Shown here: positions 1 to 10,526 of the stretch, one piece after another
How positions within the stretch are numbered: position 1 is the first letter of the stretch
Layout of the letters: every line of letters starts with the position of its first letter
Source: Takakia lepidozioides
Lineage: Eukaryota > Plantae > Bryophyta
DNA length: 64,000 bases
Direction of reading: 5' to 3'
Assembly (NCBI GenBank): GCA_030704615.1
Contig: CM060733.1
Location: forward strand, 68,200,001-68,264,000
Program-made: the position numbers and the translations under genes
The notes under the pieces: generated by a model
What the model was told of the DNA's origin: nothing
What the model saw: the letters and a program-made list of their open reading frames with translations, nothing else
The model's database searches: none

Positions 1-1503
1 GCCGGGGCAACGCAGTCTTCGAGTGATCCATCTTATCGTGTATAATACACATAAACTCCTCACCCATCATCGTTGATTCATTTCGCCAACTATGATAAAG
101 CCTGCGACATGACTCCTGATGCTTCAAATGTCTCTCAAATTTCCTTTTATGCTTTCTCTGCTCCTCAGTTCCGCTGACTGACTTCTGGATAAGATCTTTG
201 AACATCTCACAATCTGTGCATTTCGCGAATTTTCCACCAGGTTTCCAAACCTCAATATTCCCAAAAAGTTTCGTTCGAATTCTGCTAATTCTAGACTTCG
301 ACAATTCCTTCAAGCCCATTCGTTTGTTCGCTTGATCCAATTGTCAACAATATATAGAGTTGGTATTCTATTAGATGCGGGAGACCTCCCGTGGAGATTG
401 AAATTGAGATCGAATATTCCAACATCTACATCCAAGAGATATGAAAATTTGATAGATGCAAAAAGAACGACAAACACAAAATTTCATTCTTAAATAGAAG
501 GACAAAATCGCTCCGAACGAGACTATCGGTTATGCTGACGATTTGATATCGACTATTAGCACACTTAGCAGAATGATTACGGGAGGTCTACCGTGACATA
601 CGCTCCTTGAAAGTAGAAAAATATTTATAGAGTCAGAATCGGATTGGGTTGGAAAGCAGTATCCAACCTCATTGGACAGTCTGTTAAGCTCCTTCCAATT
701 CATCTCCACCGGCAACAACTTCAGAACATCTTGCCTTCCTTCTCCGATACCTCTCATTTTATGAGGCATGAGGTCACTGTTTCTGGAAATCAGCGATAAC
801 AAATTCGCCTCGGCCTGCAGGGTTTTTGCTCGGGGTTTCTTCATTCCTCTGTTTCCATGCATTGACGAGATCTATCCATCATTATATTCCTCTTGTATCC
901 ATGGTACGTTGACCTACCGATCCCATGGATTGTCCACCATGCCTTCTCACAGACCTCAACTCCTTCCATTGTAAGGTAGGCATGACGACCATAACCTGGT
1001 AGTCGGTGTAGTCGTCGTGGGACGTCAAACCCTAACTCTCTCTTTGCATCAAAAGAAGATGCCAAGAACTTACTCCGGATAGCCTTAGTTTTTTCCCAGT
1101 TGAAGTGTTGACAACAATTTCGAGCACAACAGCTCACAGAGCTTACTGCTTGAATTGACTCCGAATTTAAGAGTCGGATCAATTTCTTCTCTCATCTCCC
1201 TTTCGAATTCGTTTCAAACATTTATACTGCGATTTCTTAACTCCTTTGAGGTGGTCATCCTTCGTGTCTGACTCGTGCTCTTCATCAAACTTTGTGAGCA
1301 ACTCTGATAGTTTTCGGCCGTCTCGAAGTTTTGTATGTGTAAGCCGCCATTTCGTAATGGTCATTAGCCCCAGAGACAGCTGTAACAATTACACCGACGT
1401 GCTCCTCCCCAAGGTTTTCACCGAGAATAACTTCGTCATGTAGACACACCACAACTCGTCCCTCAACGATGACGTCCATCTCGTCATTGAGAAGATTACA
1501 CAA
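1..1503 (-). pseudogene. DUF7869/Sola-like DDE transposase, N-terminal part (spliced, frameshifted; runs off the window edge)
   Basis: Minus-strand translation gives CCARNCCQHF, VCEKAWWTIHGIGRSTYH, HGNRG..DLMPH..LLP and, at 1-250, FAKCTDC..HLKHQESCRRLY..FMCIIHDKMDHSKTALPR, typical of this transposase group. The upstream exon CNLLN..VEGRVVVC..LGEEHVGVIV resembles the Tnp1/En-Spm-like accessory domain. Confidence 0.7.
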
Positions 1504-3138
1504 CCTGGGAAAATGGCGCCGAATATCCAGTGCATGGCCCCGAAAATGGCTAAGTCCCTACAGTGGCAGGTAAGCCATTGCCTGAGCCAAAGGACAAGCA
1601 GAAGGAGGGGTTTTGGCCTTCGACTCTGTGGAAAGATAACCATGACAGAGATGGGATTAGGGTTGAATGTGAGAGTCAGGAGGAGTCAGAGAGGAAGATT
1701 GCAACCAGCTGTGGGCCAAAGAGTCAGAGACCTAAAGAGCCGATGAACCCATTCAAAGATATTGAAATTGGAAATTTCGTACTTGTTCGACCACCAGACA
1801 CAAAGACATATCCAGTTTGGATGGGTGTGGCAATCTCTGATGTTGTTCATGACCGTTCAGATGAGATATCGGCAAGTCCTTTTGGAGTGGTGGAGACCTA
1901 AAGGTGCTACAGCGGAGGACGTGGACAGGTATAGAAACTGCTGGGACAAAGCTTGGGAGTTCAATGAATCTGATCCACCAAAGTGGATACATACGAACAG
2001 TGTGGTGTGGACAATGCGACCTCGGAAGAATACCTCCAAGTGGAGCTCTAGATGTATTGGAAAGGCCGAAGCAGTTAAAGCGAAAGCAAATCTATATGCT
2101 ATGAACGATCAAAGTGAGTCTGTTTGAGGACAGTGTACAGAGGTGCACGAGAGATCTCCCGTGCTAATTTGACGACAATATGTGTTAATGTTGATCTTAA
2201 TGGTGATTGCCAGGATTTTGTGGGACTCCTTTCACAATCAGAAGTTGACCTTGAATTCTCTGTGTCAACCATTTGAAACTTTCAATTTCTGAACATCTAT
2301 ATCTCTAGTGATTTGAACCCTGACTGCCTGCATCTCAGTGAAAGTTTAGTTCTGGTTGATTGTATTTTATGCACATAGCACGGGAGATCTCCCGTGCTAC
2401 AGATTCTTGACTATTGCAGACTGACATGATTAATATTCTCATTCACCATAGCGCTCGTTGAGTCCCAATTTGGTTCATTATCTGATAAGGATATGTCGTG
2501 GTCCGAATATCGTATCTTCTTCCCTAGCGGAATGTACTTTTATGTGTCTATTTCAACGGTGGCCCCTTCTTAATCTGACTTTGTAACTGTATCCTCGCGA
2601 TGTTGTTACTGATTTTCAGGTGTAACACGGGAGGTCTCCCGTGGTATGTCACGTTGTTTTTTAAATATTATTTACTGGATTTATTTTTTATCTGCGGACA
2701 AATAGCTTTTGTTCTGATCTCCAAAATTTTGAAGGTTGAAATGGCCAGTGGATGTGAATGGTTGTACATTTTTATTTGTTTCCGTCTGAAGGTTCCACGC
2801 ATTTCGTATGTCGGACTGCCGATTTCCCATGGTGGTTGATGGTTTTCTCCCTTACACATAGTGCTCGGGAGATGTCCCATGCTACAATGACTTGACTATT
2901 TCCAATCATGATTATTATATTTTTCTTAGAGCTTATTGTCGAATATAGTAAGGTTCGCAAATATTTTCATTTTGTGAAGATGATGAGGATTTTGTCTGGT
3001 CCAAAACCTTCATATCTTCCCTTGCGGAATGTCGTTCACTACTCCGATTTTAACGGTGGCGCCTTATGACGCTGACGTTCTAAATTGTATTTTCGCGATT
3101 GTGCTATTGATTTCAGTTGTAGCACGGGAGGTCTCCCC
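378..3138. repeat. Dispersed palindrome CACGGGAG-NN-CTCCCGTG (motif P2), about 7 copies
   Basis: Copies at about 378, 579, 2145, 2378, 2625, 2862 and 3122, all in intronic or non-coding DNA. Confidence 0.85.
1563..2127 (+). pseudogene. C-terminal fragment of a DUF7869-type transposase
   Basis: FWP..DIEIGNFVLVRP..YPVWMGVAISDV / VLLEWWRP..YRNCWDKAW..PKWIHTNSVVW, split over two frames. Confidence 0.5.
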
Positions 3139-3307
3139 TTCTATGTCTAAACATCTGTTCGGCATTTCTTGGATTCTTATTTGGTGTTCGGAGGGTGATA
3201 AATAACTGTTGTCTTACCTTACAGTTTTAATTTCTGGATCATCAGTTCATGTGATTGTTTCTAGATCTTATGTTCTTTTGATTTGACGGCTCGACGCTTC
3301 TCGTATT

Positions 3308-4267
3308 TGTTAGAGGACTGTCTGGGACTTAGACAGTTTTACGGGTTCTGTGGGGTACCCTTAATTTTTGCGCAGACTTACGGATGGTAGACTTAGACCA
3401 ACACAGGCCTTAGGGGTGGTAGACAGGCTTACACAGTCAGTCACAGCCTTACATAGTTTGTCACAACTTGACACAGCCTTATACAGCTTGTCACAGCCTT
3501 ACACAGCCTATCACAGTCTATCACAGCCTGACACAGCCCAACACAGCTAGTCACAGCCCGATACAGCCCGACACAGTCCGACATAGCCAGTCGCAGCACA
3601 TCCCGACACAGTTTGGCACAACCCATCACAACAATCACAGGGAACGATTATTAGCGGCAGGGAACGATTGTGTGGGAACGACATCTACAGAGGGAACGTG
3701 CATTCTATTTGGATGACAGTTAGTTAGTTAGGCGGTTAGAACAACTTGCAGGTAGAATAGGCAGAGTAGCAACAGGGAGGGGGACACTTCTTGGATCACG
3801 ACTTGGTCATCAGGGAGAGAATGACGATTTGGAGCTGAAGGATGGAGAGCGCAGTGGAGGAGGAGACACGAACTATTGATGCTTGATTCATGCAAGCTGT
3901 AGAGTTGTACTGTAGAGCAGACTAGAGACACCATGGCTTCGGCCTGATACTTGATAGATATTAATCTGATACATATTTCATACTCACATTGTGTAGAGAG
4001 ACCCGAGTGAAGTTGTGGAATGAATAGATGAGTGAAGGGAACCTGGTAGATTGCTGAAGCAATCTGATACTTAAACATAGACAATAAGGTAACTTGCTAA
4101 TATGAATGTGAGAAGGAATACAAATAGGAAGTACCCCCATGATACACTAGTTGTAGGTCATGACTGATTGTTCTGAGCGGGCTGCATGCTTAGAGATATC
4201 CAACTCTTCTATCTTGGAGTTTCCACCTCGGATAGTGAAGGGATGGGTGAGTAAAAGCCGCTCGACA
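3308..4267 (+). mobile_element. LTR1: 5' LTR of a truncated Ty3/Gypsy copy
   Basis: TGTTAGAGG...GCTCGACA, followed by a PBS. Homologous to 4822-5868 and 21949-23021 in reverse orientation. Confidence 0.9.
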
Positions 4268-4821
4268 TTTGGCGACCATACTGGGGAACTGAGTCAAGAA
4301 CAACCAGATGTGACAGCCATCTGGTGGGATCATGGTGGTTGGAGAATCAAAGAATTTGATGTGAATCAAATTCCCTGTGGAACTAAGAAAGAAATATTGT
4401 CCAAACAATTCTTTAAGAGGTTCTTGGAATTGCCAGACGGTTGCAAAGAAAACATTCTTAAGAGAGTGCATGATGCTAATCCTGAGTGGGGTCTGGATAA
4501 AGGAGTGATAAAGATTTTTCAAGTGGCCTTTAGAGGGAGAGCAAGTTGGTTACCAACACTGGTTTATGTGATAGCATTGCTATCCATTAAACGAGTGGAG
4601 TTTGAAAGCTGGGAGGAACGGAAAGTGAATGTTTACACTCACATGCATGAAGAACTTGTACTGGTAAATAATTGGATTCCTAAGGATATCCTGTGGATCA
4701 AACTTACACCAAGAACAGCTTTCCAGACGTGCTTGCCATATGGTTATATGGTAACGGAGTCTTCTAGTATAGCCAAGGGTGCATTAAAGCTTGAAAGAAA
4801 TCCAGGCATATACGAGAGATA
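4160..4821 (+). CDS. Extra 5' ORF of the Gypsy family (starts in the LTR; truncated here by the nested insertion)
   Basis: Open frame from ATG 4160 through the PBS. The homologue at 21362-22055 (-) differs mostly by conservative substitutions. Confidence 0.6.
4270..4287 (+). promoter_or_regulatory. Primer-binding site, tRNA-Arg-like
   Basis: TGGCGACCATACTGGGGA lies 2 nt after the LTR CA. An identical copy is at 21929-21946 on the minus strand. Confidence 0.75.
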
Positions 4822-5868
4822 TGTCGAGCGGCTTTTACTCACCCATCCCTTCACTATCCGAGGTGGAAACTCCAAGATAGAAGAGTTGGATATCTCTAAG
4901 CATTCAGCCCGCTCAGTACAATCAGTCATGACCTGCAGCTAGTGAATCATGGTTGTGCTTCCCCTTTGTATTCCTTCTTGCCTTCATGTTAACAATTTAC
5001 CTTATCTGATACTGAAGCATCAGTTTGCTTCAGTATCTTCTTAGTTCCAGTTAATCATGCATTCATTTCACAGCTTCAATCATGTCTCTCTACATAGTAT
5101 TGAATAAATATCAGATTATGATTTATCAGGTACTAGGCCAATGTCAAGTGACTCTAATCCACCCTACAGTATCACTACAGCTCTGCATGAAGTAAAGCAT
5201 CTACTGTTCATCTCTCCTCCTACTCCGTGCTCTCATTCTTGCTCCCCGCCTGATCTCCTCTCCTACATCAACATCCACCGCTCCCCCGTCAAGTGTCCTT
5301 CTTTCCGTTCCGCCCTCCTTATCTGCCCCCCAAACTGTTCTAACCACCTAACTAATTAACCGTTATCCCCGAAGTATCACGTTCCTTCTGCAGATGTCGT
5401 TCCCTCACAGTCGTTCCCTCACAGTCGTTCCCTGCCATTGATAACTGTTCCCCAAGTACTGTGACAGGCTGTGTCAAGCTGTGCCGAGCTGTGACTGGCT
5501 GTGTCGGTTGTGTTGGCTGTGACGGGCTGTGACTGGCTGTGTTGGCTGTGACGGGTTGTGGCGGCCGTGCGAAGCTGTGTCAGGCTGTGTCGGCTTTGAT
5601 TGGCTGTGACGGACTGTGTCGGCTGTGCGAAGCTGTATCAGGCTGTGTCGGCTGTGATTAGCTGTGACGGACTGTGTTGGCTGTGCGAAGCTGTGTCAAG
5701 CTGTGTCGGCTGTTATTGGCTGTGACGGGCTGTGTCGGGCTGTGTAACCCCCCCCCTAAAGCCTGCTGCTGTCACCCCTAAGGCTCTTGTTGGTCTCAGT
5801 CTGCGCAAAAATTAAGGGTACCCCACAAAATCCGTAAAAGCGTCTAAGTCCCAAGCAGCCCTCTAACA
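4822..5868 (-). mobile_element. LTR2: 3' LTR of element A
   Basis: On the minus strand it reads TGTTAGAGG...GCTCGACA and is preceded by the polypurine tract GAGAGGGGGAGGGA (5873-5886). Confidence 0.9.
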
Positions 5869-5907
5869 TTTATCCCTCCCCCTCTCAAAAAGCCGTGTCC
5901 TCATGGT

Positions 5908-8900
5908 TTACTGTTTGGGATTAGCAAACCTTTGTGAGCGAGCACCCTTCTGACAGTGAGAGTCTTGTGAAGGACTCCGTGTGCGAGCCCGAGTCTTGTC
6001 ACTGGTTGACGGAGATGATTGAGCACTACCTGGAAATGTCAGTCCCTCCTTTGGCTGATATCGTGGTAACCTCTCAGGCATAGGAGATCCCCGTCGTTTC
6101 TTCTCTGCCATCTGAATTGCGTAGTCCTTTGCCATGTCAAAAGAGTCCGCTGAAGAAACAGTAGTATCAGAGTCGTCTTCCCCCCTGAGGTGTTTTAACG
6201 GTCGTACTCTAACTGGAATCCTCTGGGGCATACAATGTGGTCCCACCATGTTTGGAAGTTTAATCTGTAAAACTTGCTGTAAGCGCTGAATGGCAAAATT
6301 GGTGAAGACCCTGAACTCCTTGTCTGTACAGGTGAGTGGTGTGCCAATGACTTGGGAACAGTGCAAGTATTTCCATGCCTCATGGCCCTTAAAGAAAATA
6401 TCGTCAGGGCCAAATTTCTGTGTTGACAAATCGTTCCAGGCCGAATGAAACCATGAACGAATTTGAGAATCCTTTTGCATCATAATTTTTGCTTCATATA
6501 GGTACATATGAGGTGGCACTGAAGATAAGACCCAATGATTCCCACTGGAATAACTCAATTGCGATTGCATCTTCTGCTGCTCAATGTGATAACGTGCCAG
6601 AAAACAAGCAGCATAGTATAACCCGTAGCCCATGACAATACTTGCTACCTCCTTGGTCTTGGTATAAATGTACCCATGTACAACCTGGAAGGCAATTAAT
6701 TCCTTCAACATGGTACTTGCTTCATGCCAGTACCTCGCAAAGTGATGATCCTCAATGGGTCGATTGTTCGGAAGAACCTTAGTCCTAGTTGCTACTGGCA
6801 GCCAAATGCGCATGATCTGGTAGTAATGTGCCAACGACTGCGGAGGACTGAATTCCTTCCAAGCCAAATCCAACACAATGGGAATTTGGTTGAATGGCAT
6901 AATCATAGCCCGACTGTACTCCCGTGCAGCAGAAGTCCTAGGTGGGTTAAAAGCAGCATCCCCCCATACCTCAGGCTGTGGCGACTGTGGTGTGGCTGTA
7001 GTAACAACAGGGTCAGCTACTGGCACAGTCACTTGTTGTGGTATTGGTAGCACTGGCTCTTGTAGCACTGGCATCTCCTGCACCCCTTGCGAAGAAGACT
7101 AAAAAACTAAAGTTCTGGCTTGTAAATAAGATGCCATTAGCTGCTCCTCAGGTACAAAGACTCTCTTGTCAATATTTGAAGTCAGGTCCTCCACCTGAGT
7201 CTGCAGGCCGTCTACATCCTCCTGTAGCTCCGCTATCCTACTATAGACATTGTCTATAGTAGTTGTGGCAATGTTCTGCACCTGCAGTCTGAGCTCATTC
7301 ATCTCGCCTTGGGTGAGCTTCCGTGGTGCTTTGCCTTCCACCGATCCTTGTGCTAACCAAACCTGCATAAGGTGGTTATCCACCAAGTTGCTTGTGGCAC
7401 CCCTGAGAGTCTGCTCCTCTCTGAGTTTGTACATATCTAACTGCTGCTGTAAAGCCTCCATGCGCTTCACATGAGGTTCAACCAAACTCGCATAGGCAGC
7501 AACCAGATTATTGGCTTCCTTCCAAGCCTTGTTAGCGACAGAGAGTTCATTTCTATTGGCCATGACCGTTTGTTGCAATTCCAGGATGTACCTCTCTTGG
7601 TCAGCTTCAACCTGCCTGTATTGCTTGAAAGTATTCTCATTGCGACAGATTGTATTCTTCATATCAACAATGAGTTTTGTCTGCTCGACATTCTCTGCCT
7701 CTGCCTTGATACATCTCTCTGCTTGTCTGTTAACTTCTAATGTAGTTTGCTGAAGAGTAGTTGTGAGTGTAGCACATTGTATGGCCATCTTTTCATGTAC
7801 TGTCTGCAACTCCGTATGTATTCACTTCTTGCAACTTGGTCTCATGCTTCACCTGCATTTGGTATAGCTGTTGCTTATGTGCTTCGTGCAACTGGTCCTG
7901 CGCGAGGCCTGCTTCAATCAAATGTTCATTGGCCAACTGCAAAGCAGCTGTTGTATCCTCTAACTCTTGCTGTAACTTGAGAGTGACCTCCTCATCGACC
8001 TTGTTTGCACATTCAGTGGCAAGTCGAGCCTCAAACTCCTTCCTGAGTTCCTCCCTCAAAGCTGCCAATTGGGTAGATGGAACATGGGATTTGACATAAG
8101 TGCCCAACAAATTAAGTGTCCTGCTTATGAAACTCATAAGCATGGCCTGCTGAGGGTCATCATGGTGAGCTTGCTACTGTTCTCCCTGATCCTCAACAGT
8201 GTGATGCCTCACGAACCATTCAGGCCATTGCCCCACCAGATTTTCTTCCTGAATCACCTCATCCGCTACAGGTGCTGCAGTGTCTTGATATTCTACCCCT
8301 GGTACTTCCGTCACAGGTGTGGGTATTACATGCACAATAGGGTTTCCCCTGGACAACTTGCACCTCTGGAATCACCGTTTCCCTTACCAAGCCAGAGTTT
8401 TCATAGAGAAGGTCACCCTTCTCAATTTCGGCCACGACCTGCTCTGTAGTGGGAATGTCCAACCTTTCTCCTTCCTGAGCAATTGGTGGTGATGCCACAA
8501 CATATACTAGTTGTGGAACCTCCAAAACAACAGAGTCAATTGGTTGTGGTGGATGTGGTATCGAAGTGATTTCCTCTTCCCTATCTGAAGGCCCTGCTTC
8601 CAATAGTAGCAGCTCTCTGTGCTGCTGTGCCCCCTTCCTGCACAAGAGCTTGGGAAACATTTTCATGCGGTTTCCGTGAAGCCAGTGGATCCGCCACTAC
8701 AGTCTTTCCCCGCCTCTGTCTCTTAGACTGGTGTTGCGTTGCCAGTCCACCCTCACTGTGTGAAGAGTCTTGCTCTTCAATTGCAGTGGTTTCTGCCTCA
8801 AACACTCCGATCTCCTTTCTTTCCCGAATATCAAGTATGCAAGAATCAAGAATTATTTGAGCAATGATTGGTCCAGACACAATGATCGGAGACTTTGCAG

Positions 8901-9456
8901 CAGTGCCCTGTAACCTCTTCATCTCGTCCACCAATCCGTTGTACATTAACTCCGCCCAAGCGACATCCTCTCCCCTCAAAGCTTTCAGGATCTCCTCTGT
9001 GAAGGACCTGCTCAAATACTGTTGGTTCTGTTTCATGGCAAACAGAACGTTCAAGATTTGGCCAACTTCCCTAAGCCCTGGGTACTCAGCTTTGGTACAA
9101 GCAAAACCTTGAGTTTTAAAGAAACTCCCTTCTTGGAACAGATTCCCTATCTGTAATCTTGCCCTGTGCTCATCTACTTCCACATGTCCTGATGGCAAAT
9201 CAAACAATTGTTGCAGGTACTGGGGAGTAATTTCTATATCTACACCCCTCACCTGAGTAACTCCTGTCCGAGGCTCAAAGTTCTGAAGAAATTGTATCAT
9301 GAACTGCCGATGATGCAAGGACCAATCCTTGCGTAGCAATCCTTCCAATCGCAGCTCCTTCAGTAGCTACACCGCCTGTGGTGCAGCAATCGTTTGCTTC
9401 TGTAAGATTGTGGTGCTCTTCACCTTGATATCCTCCATTCCTCTCACTCTCTTCAT
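5908..9456 (-). pseudogene. Extra 3' ORF region of element A: Athila-ORF1/Transposase_32-like domain, coiled coil, and a domain of unknown function
   Basis: FMIQFLQNF..VTQVRGVDIEITPQYLQQLFDLPSG at 8581-9348; Q/E-rich coiled-coil ORFs at 7099-8143; a 391-aa ORF at 5908-7083. Broken by stops and frameshifts. Confidence 0.6.
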
Positions 9457-10184
9457 TCTAGACAAACAGAAAGGTTTTGGTTGCAACAACTGAAGAAACG
9501 CCTGCAGGGCACAAAGCATAAAAGTATGGTTGGCGCAGAATGAAATGGGTAAGTGTTTGTAAGCCTGTGGGGCTTGCAAGTATTGGTTTAGAGAAAAGGT
9601 ACTATGCGTTCGCCCGTCCTTGTGCCACTGCGTAAGTAGTAATGCGAGAGTGTAGTCTGTTATTTCTGCCATAGCTTCAAAGCTATAGCTTTGATTGTCT
9701 CTCCCGTCGAGACACCCGTTACTTGGAACGACGCCGACTCTTGCGCTCAGAATCCTTCTAAATTCTTGATTTTGCTTCTTGGAAAATACCCTGTGTAGGT
9801 AATTCTGGCTCATGATTGGCTGTTGGCTCTGTGATTGGTTTTGTAATTTAATTCCCTTCCGTGGATTTTCCCCCCTGGACTGTCCACTAGGATAGCACAT
9901 GTGGCATTGGTTTCCCTTTTCTGAACTCGAAAAGGGTTTCGTTATCCTGGCACTGAATGCATTAATGGGCCCACAATTAGTTGTTGTACCGGGTAGGTAC
10001 TTTGACGGCCAATTTTGTCTTCTTTCTTGATGACACCCGTTCTTGCACTTCATGTCCGGCTGTGTGTCTCGCCCTGGCGTCCACGTGTCCATTTCTAAAC
10101 GTGCCTCCGTCCACTTTTCCGCCGGCCACTCTCCGGATGTTAACCCACGTCCACCTGTCACTGATCCTATGGACTGTGTAACCT

Positions 10185-10405
10185 CAGTAGGCTGTGTTGA
10201 GCTGTGACAGGCTGTGTCATACTGTGGTACGCTGTGATAAGCTGTGACACGCTGTGGTAGGTTGTGATAGGTTGTGTCACGTTGTGATGGGCTGTGATAG
10301 GCTGTGTGACACTGTGATGGGTTGTGATAGGCTGTGTCGCGCCGTGATGGGCTGTGATAGGCTGTGCCACACTGTGATGGCCTGTGATAGGCTGTGTCGC
10401 GCTTG
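10185..10405. repeat. Degenerate (GGCTGTGAT/GGCTGTGTC)n repeat downstream of integrase; also at 14920-15220 and within all three LTRs
   Basis: Visible 9-10 bp units, the same motif as at 3425-3630, 5458-5745 and 22595-22900. Confidence 0.85.
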
Positions 10406-10526
10406 TACTGCCCGCCCTGGTCATATACGCTCGGCCTAGCGACAAGTGCTCCATACTGTTGGTATCACTGGCGCAGCCCGTGACTGCTTCTGCGTTTCAA
10501 CATGCAAATCGTGCTGCAATGGTTTG

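Noticed and set aside
4822-4942. C-terminus of the 260-aa ORF 4160-4942
   Set aside because: Read-through into the inverted LTR2; the ORF is chimeric.
3308-5868. DNA transposon with 1-kb TIRs, or DIRS-type inverted termini
   Set aside because: The arms are LTRs with an adjacent PBS and PPT.
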